Assembly: GCF_001194135.2 (NCBI RefSeq)
Contig: NC_068995.1
Span: 12,416,034-12,449,404 of the forward strand
Direction: 5' to 3'
From: Octopus bimaculoides
Lineage: Eukaryota
Length of the DNA: 33,371 bases
Position numbers and translations under genes: made by a program. The notes beneath the pieces were generated by a model, which did no database searches, was not told where the DNA came from, and worked only from the letters and a program-made list of their open reading frames with translations. This document shows, in pieces, positions 1-12,771 of the stretch (positions are counted from its first letter, which is position 1; each line of letters opens with the position of its first letter).

Positions 1-78
1 TATATATATATACACATACATACATACATACATACATACATACATACATACATACATACATACATGCATGCATATATA
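1..78. repeat. (TACA)n/(TA)n microsatellite
   Basis: Direct tandem tacatacata... array running off the left edge of the window. Confidence 0.97.
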
Positions 79-631
79 TTAATCTGTGCGGCGGGGTATG
101 TGTGTGTGTATTATATATACGTGGGATTATGTTTATAAGCACATACATTTATCCTCCCTCTTGACACATTCTCTCTACTCTCTCTTGTTCTCTCTAACGT
201 TTTTCACCTCTTTCTCTTCTCCCTCTACACTTTTATTTCCGCACCATATTCCCCCCCCCACCTCTCTCGCTACCCCTGCTCATCCCATTTTAAATCCCTG
301 CCCCCGCACTCGCTCACTCCACGCCCCTCTCCCTTCCACGTCCTTCCTCTACCACACTCTCTCGTTTTCTTTCATTCCTTTCTACCCCTATCTCTCACAC
401 ACTCTTTCTCTCTCCTTTGAAGTCTAAATAATCTCCTCCATAGAGTATATCTTGACAAAATAATAAAGATAACAATAAATAAAACTCGATCCTAGGCATG
501 CAAATTGATTGCCATAAGTATTTGTCTGTCTATATGTGTGTATATATATATATGTATGCTTGCCCATATCTGTGCACAAATATTAGTGTACGTGTCTATG
601 CATGAACATGATTGTATACATAAAAATATGA

Positions 632-1090
632 GAGGGTGTTTGGGCTAAATTTGACAGTTTGCATAACAGGAAAAAGAAACAAAAGATCCCATCCAAAAAT
701 GAAAGTATTTAAAAATATCAAAAGATATGAACTAGATTAGGGCTGGCCGATAACTCTTTACTCAGAGTAGCCGAACGTAGCTTCCGCCACGGCCTCAAGA
801 GGGCTCCGGTACGTGACGCATGCGTTCTTCGCTATGTCCTGGGTAAGATCTTCGAAAACCTCCTTGATGTTGGCCACAAGTATGGTATTTGTGGTGCGCC
901 TCAGTCATAGTAATACATCGGATTATAACTGAGGGAATGGGGAGAACAGAAACTAGGGATCATGAAGACGTAGAGGAGAGGGTGGTATGCATGGGCAACA
1001 GCTGGTCTTCCATAAACAACCATGCACGGACTTACGCCTCGGAGGAGAACTTTCTAAATGCAATCGTATGGGCATTCATAACCGAAGGGG
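632..1090 (-). mobile_element. Decayed Tc1/mariner-superfamily transposon, DD37D (maT)-type transposase C-terminus
   Basis: Minus 880-758 translates LVANIKEVFEDLTQDIAKNACVTYRSPLEAVAEATFGYSE*, matching the DD37D C-terminal pattern (ACxRFRxRLEAVVEAxGGYxE*). Just upstream in another frame is FCSPHSLSYNPMYYYD*GA, resembling WPPNSPDxNPMDYYVWGA. Frameshifts and stops are present. 632-660 (gagggtgtttgggctaaatttgacag) is a putative terminal repeat, which is only tentative. Confidence 0.75.
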
Positions 1091-1490
1091 GTCTTTATTT
1101 TTCCTTTTTGCCGCTTAAGAAAGCTTTGCTTCTTATTTCTAGCACTTTGAAAGAGCCTGTAGAGGCATCATCAATCGTTGGTTCGTTACTTGTGTTATGT
1201 TATCAATAATTATATCTGTGTTAGTCAGCTTCAATAATATTTTCTTTCAAATATTTTCCACGCCATATATTGAAAAAAAAAAAACGACAAACAAACTAAA
1301 ACAACGAAACCAAATGCGATTTATCACGTAACTAATTTAGAAATGATATTTTACAATTAAGAAGTAATTAAATAAATTATACTTAAAACAATAACAATAG
1401 CATTCGCAATGATATAATCAATATTTAGTTATAACGTCGGGATATTTTCTACAAAATTACAGCTTATATATCTTCAGTTTACTAAGGAGA

Positions 1491-1505
1491 CAGAGAGAGA
1501 AGGAA

Positions 1506-1562
<57 letters not shown>

Positions 1563-1575
1563 TAGACAGACAGAA
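1491..1575. repeat. Compound (GA)n/(GACA)n microsatellite
   Basis: Direct tandem array. Confidence 0.95.
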
Positions 1576-1667
1576 ATAGAGGGAATGTATTGGTTTCTTA
1601 ACAGACACAAGACGATAGATTTGAGAAGAGGCAAAGAGTAGGTTAAATTGCGCATGTCTACCTAAAG

Positions 1668-1668
1668 T

Positions 1669-1734
<66 letters not shown>

Positions 1735-1798
1735 ATAGTAGTAGTAGTAGTAGTAATAGTAGTGGCAGCAGCAGCGCCGCAGCAGCAGCAGCCGCGTC

Positions 1799-1836
<38 letters not shown>

Positions 1837-1838
1837 CT
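1668..1838. repeat. (TAG)n trinucleotide array interrupted by a (GCA)n block
   Basis: Long gtagtagta... run with ggcagcagcagcgccgcagcagcagcagcc inserted at about 1763-1795. Confidence 0.97.
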
Positions 1839-3021
1839 ATCCGACCCTCCTCATCCATGAACATGCCAAGTTGTTTGNNNNNNNNNNNNNNNNNNNNNNN
1901 NNNNNNNNNNNNNNNNNNNNNNNNNNNNNNNNNNNNNNNNNNNNNNNNNNNNNNNNNNNNNNNNNNNNNNNNNNNNNNNNNNNNNNNNNNNNNNNNNNNN
2001 NNNNNNNNNNNNNNNNNNNNNNNNNNNNNNNNNNNNNNNNNNNNNNNNNNNNNNNNNNNNNNNNNNNNNNNNNNNNNNNNNNNNNNNNNNNNNNNNNNNN
2101 NNNNNNNNNNNNNNNNNNNNNNNNNNNNNNNNNNNNNNNNNNNNNNNNNNNNNNNNNNNNNNNNNNNNNNNNNNNNNNNNNNNNNNNNNNNNNNNNNNNN
2201 NNNNNNNNNNNNNNNNNNNNNNNNNNNNNNNNNNNNNNNNNNNNNNNNNNNNNNNNNNNNNNNNNNNNNNNNNNNNNNNNNNNNNNNNNNNNNNNNNNNN
2301 NNNNNNNNNNNNNNNNNNNNNNNNNNNNNNNNNNNNNNNNNNNNNNNNNNNNNNNNNNNNNNNNNNNNNNNNNNNNNNNNNNNNNNNNNNNNNNNNNNNN
2401 NNNNNNNNNNNNNNNNAATAAATGTCAAAAACCGCTGAAATTGTGGATAACACAACGATCGAAACATTTAGTGTAACTACTTTGAAAGCTTATGTTCTGA
2501 ATTTCCGTTTCTTCCCGTTAGAATCAAATCAAATACATACCAGTAATAAACATGGGTTGATACAATCGACAGTATTTATTCCTTCCACAAAATACTTATT
2601 TCGTATTCAGTGAAAATAAATCAGGTTTGAATAAATTACCTTTTGCCTTTAAAACAGAGACCCCCCCCCCAATGTATTAGAGAGCGTAGAGTATGGGGAA
2701 ACTGTGACGATCTTCTGTTAACGAAAGGCATTAACAGGATTAATTAAGAGATAACACACTTAATCTAAGGAACACGATAGCTTTAATTAATGAAAACTAT
2801 GCCTAAAAAGTAGGGGAGATAAGCATACCACATTGATTAAATGAACTGAACAAACTAACAGAGGAGAACTCAAAATATAGCTAAAAATAGACTTCAAAAA
2901 TGGGTGGACTCTCCAAAGTTCTAGCATGGTTGTTAAGCCGCTAATAACATACTTAATCTAGAAAAGTGCTCTTGATAGGAGAAGTTATAAAATAACGGGG
3001 GAAAAAACTGAAAAGATAAAA

Positions 3022-3170
3022 GGCTTGGGCGTGGCTGTCAGTTAAGAATATTGGTTCGCAGTCACATGATCTGCGTGGCAATTAGAGCAAGTGTCCTCTA
3101 TTACAGCCACGGGCCGACCAAAGTCTTGCGAGTGGATTTGGTACACGGAAAGTGAAAGAAGTCCGCTGCA
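3022..3170 (+). mobile_element. tRNA-derived SINE (family C, 5' part), diverged
   Basis: Similar to the reverse complement of the better-preserved copy at 21125-21298 (gcaagtgtcctctattacagcc..gggccgaccaaagtcttgcgagtggatttggtacacggaaagtgaaagaag). It is followed by a (TA)/(CA) repeat. Confidence 0.75.
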
Positions 3171-3719
3171 TATATATACACACACACAGACACATTCACG
3201 CATATATAGGTATATTAGTTGAATAAAGTTACGACATGATCTGGTTTTACACGTTGTTTGTTATTGTATTTAAAAAGAATTTTTTTACAATATTGAAGTC
3301 TGTTAAACATTGAAAAAAAAAAGACTTTGTGACGTAAGATCGTTAATACAGCACCTTGAAGTTTAGAGGATACACAAATTGCATCACGCGTTTGCACACT
3401 TATTAGACAGATTCTAGCCTAGTTTCTCAAGTTTCTCAACGACTATGTGTTCAATACACCCACCTAGAACGGGCGCAGATCAGTAGCAAGATTAACTCAC
3501 AACTGCTTCTGTTGCTGGCATTTAATTTCATTTAAGGGGACTGAAGCTAAAGGAAATGAAGTATCTTATTCAGGAGTGTAACATACCTCCGAGTCCAAGG
3601 ATCGAAACCATAGCACAACGATCGTGAGTGGAATTCTTTCAATCGTTGGTCACAGGGTTTTTATTGGGTGTAAATATAATCGTCTAAATTTTTTGAAGGC
3701 TAAGACTCAGCAAGCGTTG

Positions 3720-3960
3720 GACATAGGTCTCTCTTGAACCCTAGAAGTCAATGAGCCCGAAGCTTAACTTGATTTCCATGGCGCATAAATGACAGATATT
3801 ACAACACTGCGCCAATGAACTGGCCGCCGGTCCATTACAGGGCGAACTTCCCAGCTGGAATTCATTCAGAGCTGATTGCACAAAAGCAACGTGAAAAGAA
3901 GTTTTATGCTCAAGAATAAAACGAATTGCATGATCCAGGAATCGATCCTCCGCTCGTGAA
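3720..3960 (-). mobile_element. Degenerate SINE (family B-like)
   Basis: agcaacgtgaaaagaagttttatgctcaagaata..ccaggaatcgatcc resembles the reverse complement of the family-B core at 12540-12610. Confidence 0.55.
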
Positions 3961-5023
3961 ATTCAGGCAACAGCTAGACGAAGCGTCTCCACATGACTGC
4001 TGTCCAATAACTAAAACCAGTGAAAGAGTAATAAACCAGAAATTGCAAGCCTCATAAATGGATGGAGAAATACATTGCTAGAGAGATGAGACTGCAGCAA
4101 ATATTCAGTCTCCAACTAAAGCAATTTCACTTTATTTATTTACATGACTAATATCCTTAGGAAAGACTGGAAACGCCGCATTTTCTATCTCCTTCCTTTA
4201 AATATAGGTTTACATGCCTTGTCAGAGAAAAACCAATAATAGACGATCAGCATTTTTATAGATTTTTTTTCTCTCTCTCTTTCTCGATCTGCTTACTAAT
4301 ATTTGTTACAAGTATATAAATGTGATAAATTTTATAGTGTTCAAATAAAATAAGAAAAGATATAAAATAAAATGAAATTACAGATACAGCGTAACATAAA
4401 TAATAAAATATTTTAAATACTTTTATACCGTTATAATTTTTCTCTAGATATTTATTTTGTGTTTTACATAAATTTAAATTATCGTAAATATTTAATAGAT
4501 TTTGTAAATAATTGGAAATATGTCAGAGAAATATTTGTATATTACTTATTTTTATTTAACAGTTTTACAATCATATACACTTTTATTTCTTAAATAACTT
4601 TGAAACTAAAATAAAGCAAAAAACACACATAGAAGCACACACCTACAGACAAACACATAAATGAATAAACATACGTGTATACATAGCTGTAGTCATAATT
4701 CTAATCACAAACCTATTTCTCGCCGCTCGAAGACCAATTTTTATGCGAATCCATCGCCAACAATGGCGAAATTATATCAGAAGAGTAAAACAAATGACTT
4801 TGAGAAAGAAAATACAAAAGAGTGACAAAAAATTGTTTAGTGCAGACGATCCAATATAAAATAATAGGACGAAACCGACAGGAAGTGAACGGAATAAACG
4901 AAACCGAAGCCGACCGGAAATGAAAGTGCAAAAAACAATACATGTTGGATGTTTGGCTGAACAACACGAATGCCAATTACTATATTTCCTTCTCAACTGC
5001 TCCCTCGCTCACGCTTTCTCCTC

Positions 5024-5027
<4 letters not shown>

Positions 5028-5089
<62 letters not shown>
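5028..5089. repeat. (CT)n microsatellite running into an N-gap; (AT)n on the far side (5389-5442)
   Basis: Direct tandem array. Confidence 0.97.
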
Positions 5090-5388
5090 NNNNNNNNNNN
5101 NNNNNNNNNNNNNNNNNNNNNNNNNNNNNNNNNNNNNNNNNNNNNNNNNNNNNNNNNNNNNNNNNNNNNNNNNNNNNNNNNNNNNNNNNNNNNNNNNNNN
5201 NNNNNNNNNNNNNNNNNNNNNNNNNNNNNNNNNNNNNNNNNNNNNNNNNNNNNNNNNNNNNNNNNNNNNNNNNNNNNNNNNNNNNNNNNNNNNNNNNNNN
5301 NNNNNNNNNNNNNNNNNNNNNNNNNNNNNNNNNNNNNNNNNNNNNNNNNNNNNNNNNNNNNNNNNNNNNNNNNNNNNNNNNNNNNNNN

Positions 5389-5442
<54 letters not shown>

Positions 5443-5558
5443 CACTCTATGAGACTCTCTGATTCTATACATACATACATACATACATACAAATATTATA
5501 ATGGAAACATTATTATTTCTAAATATCTGAAAGAGAGATGTTCAATAACAGTTCTTTA

Positions 5559-5866
5559 AAGTAGAAGCTATTTGCCAACATAATGTGGCTGTCTTAGAAG
5601 GGACGACTGTCTTTGTTGTTTAGCCCTAGGAAACATAGTTTCCAGCTGGCTATACGACACAATCTGTGTATCCTTATGTTTTCGAACAAGGAGTACAGCT
5701 CTCCCATCCATTATGTACTGGATTGGAGTGCTGGACTCCCTGTTCGAATATAAGGATGCAGATACTGTGCCGTATAGCCAGCGGAAAACAATGTTTCCTG
5801 GGGCTAAACAACAGTAACAATCGTCCTTTCCAGGACAGCCACGTTTATATTGGCAAATAGTCTTTA

Positions 5867-5869
<3 letters not shown>
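5559..5869. mobile_element. Fully palindromic foldback element / MITE-like, TA-flanked
   Basis: Left arm 5559-5714 and the reverse complement of 5715-5869 align end to end at about 80% (126 matches in ~159 columns by hand) with no spacer. TA lies at 5557-5558 and 5870-5871. The intact terminus reads CAGTAAAG.., consistent with a Tc1/mariner-superfamily non-autonomous element. Confidence 0.8.
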
Positions 5870-5915
<46 letters not shown>

Positions 5916-6580
5916 AGACCCTTTTGAATGAACTCCTATCAGGATATGCATACTATGGACAAGAAGCATTTCTATCCATTCTACACAATATTTTCCTTAG
6001 ATAATCGCACTACAACTGTAACATCCTACATATACTTTTACTTTTATTCTCTTATTTCCCTCTATACTTCCTATATCCATCCTTTTCCAGAATAACTCCT
6101 TATATTGAACTCTGCTATTTCCCTCTAGTTAACTCTGCCATATCATCCCATAAACAACTGTAAGACTACCTTTCTGTTTATGACTGTCCTATAAATTACA
6201 ACATACTCGGTTTTGTTGTCTCATTTATATTATATATATATACATATATATATCAAATTAATTAAGAGGATATTAAGAGGTGATACAGTGCAACCGTTTC
6301 AAGGGGCTCCATTTAATTGAACAATGCAAGACCAAAGTACTGCCATTTTCTTTTAATTCTCAATTGTTGCTGGCGAATTTATGATAAAGTTACTCAAACA
6401 CGAGTTATCCAAATAAGCACGTTATAATCTACGTTATAATCTACAACCGCAAAATTCATAAATTATTCAACACGAATAATATAAAAGTCAGTTATCGCAC
6501 GTCACTTTATATTAGAAAAATCATTGCTGTATGATCCTTCAGTACATACAATCCAGATACGAATATGTGTAATATTTGCG

Positions 6581-6630
<50 letters not shown>

Positions 6631-7199
6631 NNNNNNNNNNNNNNNNNNNNNNNNNNNNNNNNNNNNNNNNATATATATACATATATATATCATATACCGT
6701 GTTTGTAAATGTCCCATACTAATCCACTGTTACTGATTTTATCCGTAATAATTCTTGACAAAATATTGTGTTAATCTTTCTTTTCTCTTATATTCATTTC
6801 TTCTGTCTATCTCCCCTTCTCTCTCACTACCTACTTTTGTGAATATCATCTAACTGCAATCACCTTCTTGTACTACCATACGTCTCCAAACAGAACCACG
6901 ATTGCCATCAAATTCAACATCTTTCTACGCATTTTAAAGCCTTCTTAATATTCTATCTACGTATATTCGACTACGGAAAGCTTTTCTCAAAATGTTAGAT
7001 TTACATAACTTTGCTCGCTTTATTCGCTAACTTGTTCTTGTTATTGCTGTTATTGTTGTTAATTATCACGTCGCATGATACCTTTGATCAAAGACACAAT
7101 AATTCAAAATTTTCCAGCTTTGATTAGCACATGATATTTCCGAGCATATCTAAGCGTACACGAGCAAGTTCATATTTAACATTTAACTTAGCTTAACTG

Positions 7200-7511
7200 G
7201 CACTCCAGCAATTAGGACAACGTGGGTTCGAGTGGATCCGATCAACTGAATAGCCTCTTCGTGAAACAAACGTGCAAGTAGTTGATTACTCCAAAGACTC
7301 TTAACGTGGTTCTCGGCTAGATCAGTGCAACAAGAATGTGACAAGGCTGGCCGTTTGTATTGCAGATACAACTCCTCTTTTTTGCCAGCTGAGTGAACTG
7401 GAGCAACGTGTAATAAAGTCTCTTGCTCGAAGACACAGCGCACCACAGGAAGTCGAACTCACGACCTTACGATAGTGAACCAAAGACCCTAACCACTATA
7501 CCACGCGCTTT
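7200..7511 (-). mobile_element. tRNA-derived SINE (family B core with a different tail)
   Basis: ttttgccagctgagtgaactggagcaacgtgtaataaagtctcttgctcgaagacacagcgc..gtcgaactcacgaccttacgat..ccctaaccactataccacgcgc is the reverse complement of the head and core seen at 12476-12620. The tail differs. Confidence 0.8.
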
Positions 7512-7559
7512 CACATTTAAGATTTTATGATGTAAATAGAAATAGATTAAGCTGCTATT

Positions 7560-8200
7560 TCTTGAAGAGCGTATAACCTCAACGAGAGTGTGGTCATATG
7601 ACCATTTGCGTAGAAAGTGATTATTTTACTGGTTTTGTTCTTTACTAACAGATCCAACCAAAATTATAATATTAATACCTCTAAAATTGATTGGTTTATG
7701 TAAGTATACGTATTATTCTACATTAATGCTTCCCTAAAGTGCAATCTGTGTCTCTCAGATAAGCATGACATTCGATTGCAGTCTATTGAGATTTTGAGCA
7801 AAATATTTGAATTGGTAAATTCTTCTAACACGTCCATCAATATTTATTGAGGAATTTCCAACTAACCAATTTTATTTCCTATATAATTGATTTTTCATAC
7901 CTTGAGACATAGTTCTGTATGACAAAAATATTCATTTATTCATTAAATCTAAGAATCCATCAACAAAAGCAGTTTTCCCATTTCACGTATGGAGAAAGAT
8001 TATACACAAAAATTTCACGCCTTTTTCAACATTTTGGGGGTTGGTGCTTTTTCAAGAAATTTCGATGTTATGCTAACTAATTCTATATCGATATACTTTG
8101 GAATATGTGTTGTCTAATCTCTCATACAATTTCTGCTCAACAGGTACTTCAGTAACCACAAGCATGAAACTCAGAGTAACGATTCAAGTAGTGTGAGCTT
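7560..8200 (-). mobile_element. Possible highly decayed RTE-clade LINE RT fragment
   Basis: Minus frames give QKLYERLDNTYSKVY..., SINIDGRVRRIYQFKYF... and SYDHTLVEV, loosely matching the RTE motifs xxVDxFKYLG and SYKDHVTNEEV. There are many stops. Confidence 0.35.
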
Positions 8201-10134
8201 CATCCACNNNNNNNNNNNNNNNNNNNNNNNNNNNNNNNNNNNNNNNNNNNNNNNNNNNNNNNNNNNNNNNNNNNNNNNNNNNNNNNNNNNNNNNNNNNNN
8301 NNNNNNNNNNNNNNNNNNNNNNNNNNNNNNNNNNNNNNNNNNNNNNNNNNNNNNNNNNNNNNNNNNNNNNNNNNNNNNNNNNNNNNNNNNNNNNNNNNNN
8401 NNNNNNNNNNNNNNNNNNNNNNNNNNNNNNNNNNNNNNNNNNNNNNNNNNNNNNNNNNNNNNNNNNNNNNNNNNNNNNNNNNNNNNNNNNNNNNNNNNNN
8501 NNNNNNNNNNNNNNNNNNNNNNNNNNNNNNNNNNNNNNNNNNNNNNNNNNNNNNNNNNNNNNNNNNNNNNNNNNNNNNNNNNNNNNNNNNNNNNNNNNNN
8601 NNNNNNNNNNNNNNNNNNNNNNNNNNNNNNNNNNNNNNNNNNNNNNNNNNNNNNNNNNNNNNNNNNNNNNNNNNNNNNNNNNNNNNNNNNNNNNNNNNNN
8701 NNNNNNNNNNNNNNNNNNNNNNNNNNNNNNNNNNNNNNNNNNNNNNNNTATATATATATATACATATATATATACATATATATATATGTATGTATGTATA
8801 TATGCACACACACATACATACATGCGTATATGCATATATGCTTAGTAATTACTAACAGACATTTATATAGGCTAATCTTGAGTCTCAGATAAGAATATAC
8901 GATAAAATCTGGAACAAGCGTAAGCAATTAAGGAAAATTTTTAAAAATACTTTCCGCAATAATTATATTTAAATTCCAAACCTTCATTTTTGATGTAAAT
9001 TACCTATGAGATATAAGATCAAGGTTGAAAATTTAATAAACCTTACTTCAATTCACATTTCCATTCTTTTGTACAAAACGCTGAAATATATTTATTCTCT
9101 TAAGGTGTTAAAGCCGATAGTTTCTGATTATTATTTTGGCAATAATGTCTCTTTTATACACAGACACACAGTCACACACACACAGAGCACAAACACACAC
9201 GCACGCATACACATATATAAAAACACATGCAGACAGAAACACACACACAGAGACATACATATATATTATATGTATGTATATATNNNNNNNNNNNNNNNNN
9301 NNNNNNNNNNNNNNNNNNNNNNNNNNNNNNNNNNNNNNNNNNNNNNNNNNNNNNNNNNNNNNNNNNNNNNNNNNNNNNNNNNNNNNNNNNNNNNNNNNNN
9401 NNNNNNNNNNNNNNNNNNNNNNNNNNNNNNNNNNNNNNNNNNNNNNNNNNNNNNNNNNNNNNNNNNNNNNNNNNNNNNNNNNNNNNNNNNNNNNNNNNNN
9501 NNNNNNNNNNNNNNNNNNNNNNNNNATATATATATATATATATATACATACGTATGTCCTCATATATACACATACATATAATTCAATTTTAAATGTGAGA
9601 ATCTAAATGCAATTATGAACAATTGGATTTTACAATCTGCAATCTGGATCTTTTTATGGTGTATTATACGTTATAATAAGGGACAGGATGGCTACGTGCT
9701 TAAAAATTTCCCTTCATAACAACATATTCCTGAGTTCGATTTCTCTACATGGCTTATATCTTAGGTATCTTCTAAAATACCTTTTTGGGAGGTTGTATTT
9801 CATAAATTTGAAGTTCGCAGTATCGCATCTAATACGTGTGCATGTACATATGCCAGTCTAATAATTAGCAGTTCGACTTTTAAAAATCTAAAACACTCCA
9901 ACTATTCAGAAATCAATTTTCAGTTCCTAATATTCAATTGACAGACTCGAATGTAGAGATCCGGTTTGTCTTTTATCCAATCATCTGACAGCAACCATAG
10001 AATAACAGACTGCAATTCCTATATAGTAAATAGCTACCTACATACGTACACACAAACCCCCACACACACACACACGCACGAAACACACACATACGCATAC
10101 ATATACATATATATAGTGTTTTACAGTGGCATAA

Positions 10135-10375
10135 GGAGGCGCGTAGATTAGTGTCTACGGTGCTGCACTCAGTCACACGATTCTGGTTTCGATTCTTGGA
10201 CAAGGCTCTGCGTTATGTTCTTGAGTCAAACACGTCATTTCACGTTGTTTCAGTCCACTGAGTTCATAAAAATAAGTAACCCTGATGTGGGCCTTCGTCC
10301 CGTCCTGAGAGGGGGTATTTACCCAACAAAATCCGAGAAACCGGTTCTATGATCTTATGGGTCAGAAAAGATATT
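10135..10375 (+). mobile_element. tRNA-derived SINE (family B), diverged
   Basis: ggaggcgcgtagattagtg..ggtttcgattcttggac..gttcttgagtcaaacacgtcatttcacgttgtttcagtccactgag is collinear with 12476-12736. Confidence 0.8.
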
Positions 10376-10939
10376 TCATCCTTTTGTAGAGTAGTATAAA
10401 CGGTAGAACATCGAAGAAATTTGCTGACGAGTTTGTTGTTTTAGGCTCCAGGTCAACTCTTCATACAGAAATTTTTTATTAAAGGGAGTGCAGCCATGAC
10501 TATTCTGTAGTTTTTCTGAGATTCCAGCAGAGCAGCCGGAACCCAATCAATGCTGCATCCATTCATTCTTAAATCGTTCTCAAACGTACAAACGTGCACG
10601 TCTGGTCGCTGTTGATTTTACTCATCGGAGAATGCCTCTCTCCTATTTAGAAGATGTGTGTTCACAACACACATGATTCACCAATATAAGGGGACTTTGA
10701 GACGCTGCAGTGGCTCGATAGCATTGTTTGTCTCCACAGATGCCATTCTCCGAAACTACTGAACAACAGCCGTCAGGTATCTGCGTTGAAATCTGCTAGA
10801 ACGTATTAAGAATGAATAGCAAGTATAGGTTTTGCAGACATCAGTACGCATCAGCAATTAATTTGTTTGCTGATTTCTATAAACAAGAGCCAGCCGGTAC
10901 TCTTGTAAGATACATCGGCTCGTGCTTGCTTTGATTCAG

Positions 10940-11091
10940 GAAGTACACACGAAAAGGTCGAAATCCCGCAGTGTGACAAAAAGCCCCCATTAACCAGTGG
11001 ATTCAATATTTTACAAACAGACATCGTTAAAAGAGAGGATACGTTTTCCGATGACGGAAACCAACGTGATCAGATTCACGTTCCATTCAAC
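10940..11091 (+). CDS. Candidate coding exon of an unidentified gene
   Basis: Acceptor ttgctttgattcAG, donor GTAGTG. It lies in a 95-codon stop-free frame (10909-11193) and encodes STHEKVEIPQCDKKPPLTSGFNILQTDIVKREDTFSDDGNQRDQIHVPFN. It is phase-compatible with a 37-nt candidate exon at 10740-10776. No homology recognised. Confidence 0.2.
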
Positions 11092-12360
11092 GTAGTGAAA
11101 TTAGATACATACAATTGTGGTCTTAATCGTATCTTCATAAGTCGTCTTCTGCGACGCCGAGATGTGGTCTGCGGAAAAGTTGGCTACTATTTTTAGCATG
11201 CTAAGTGACTTCATATTGGCTTCTTCGTGAAATTCAGCTTCTAAATAACATATTTAGTCCCATTTCATTCTATTCTGTGTTCAGATCTCACTAAGGTGAT
11301 GGTTTTCATTCATTCCCCCGCGGTCGATAAACCAATAGTGCCATTAAAAAGATTACAGAACGGTTAATCGATTTATTTCCTTCCCTAAACTGTGTGATCT
11401 TCTGCTTCTACAAAAACCCAATATTTACTTAACATATTTGATGGCATAAAAGGTGAACAGGCATATATTAGTCGCACCTCAATTTCAGCAACACATTTGA
11501 AAAGAAAGCGAATTGTTTAAGCTTATAAGCGACCCTGCTTCGTATATGGGAGCAAGGATAATTTTGTGACGTAGTGTTGGGAGAGGAGAGAAAACTACGA
11601 TTTATATGCCATCTGATATGATTTGTATTTTTCATTACTGATTTCGGTTAAGATGTTATCGAAATGAACCGACGTGGGAACTCCTATGTGGTTGATCTGT
11701 CTGTTAGAAATAGCAACCCAAACAGCCTTTAATCAGGTCCTGTGGTCTTGAAGCAAATGAATGAACATGTTAGTGAATGTATTTCTCTAATATAGAAAAA
11801 AAAATACAAGAAACAAAGGCAACAGCTGCAATGTCTTTGATCAAAGGTCTGTTTGATCAGTGCTGACCCGGGTCTTAACAACAACACCTCCAAATTTGAC
11901 ATAACCTTTCATCTTTCTTCTGTCAATATAATCAATACAAGTCAAGTACTGATATCGATTCAATCGATCCCCACCTAAGAATACATTATTTTTTATTTTT
12001 GTTTTCTTTCCTAACAAAGTTACAAATTATCATTTTTGTTTATTCATTTCTTTGTTTCACTTATCAGATTCTGGAATGGCACAGATGGTAAGGTGATGAA
12101 TTTTAAATTTACATTCCAAGTTCAAATCACACTTTGGTTGATTTAGCATTTCTATTCTTTCGTATTCAATGTAATAAGGCCTGCGTATTGCTAATCAAAG
12201 GACGGTTTAATCCTTGATATTTCGGCTTCTAATATAGTTTCTTGTAAGTTATTAATTTTCACTCACCTGAAAGCAGTACTAGAATTAAGAAAAGAAAGCA
12301 CGCATGTGTGTGTGTGCGTGTAGGTTTATGAACATACGCATGCTCATAGAATATTTCTAC

Positions 12361-12399
<39 letters not shown>

Positions 12400-12421
12400 C
12401 GTATGTATGCATTATACATAC

Positions 12422-12475
<54 letters not shown>

Positions 12476-12477
<2 letters not shown>

Positions 12478-12736
12478 AGAGAAGCGTGGCTTAGTGGTTA
12501 GGGTGTCAGAATCATGATCGTAAGATTGTGGTTTCGATTCTTGGACCGGGCAACGCGTTGTGTTCTTGAGCAAAACACTTCATTTCACGTTGCTCCAGTC
12601 CACTCAGCTGGCAAAAATGAGTAACGCTGCGATGGACTGGCGTCCCATCCAGCTGGAGGGAACACATACGCCATCGAAACCGGGAAACCGGGCCCAAGAT
12701 CCAGGCTAGGCTTTAAGAGGGCGCATTTATTTATTT
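12476..12736 (+). mobile_element. tRNA-derived SINE (family B), near full length
   Basis: A-box TGGCTTAGTGG and B-box-like GGTTTCGATTC, a conserved central block gtgttcttgagcaaaacacttcatttcacgttgctccagtccactcagctggc, and an (ATTT)n-like tail. Homologous copies occur at 7.2, 10.1 and 29.3 kb. Confidence 0.9.
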
Positions 12737-12738
12737 AC

Positions 12739-12771
<33 letters not shown>

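Noticed and set aside
8184-8207. VDEAH (DEAH-box-like) on the minus strand next to a gap
   Set aside because: A stop follows two codons later, and the surrounding DNA looks like a decayed LINE.
12476-12560. tRNA genes at SINE heads (also 22200-22280 and 21230-21298)
   Set aside because: A/B boxes are present, but there is no complete cloverleaf, and the heads are fused to SINE cores and tails.
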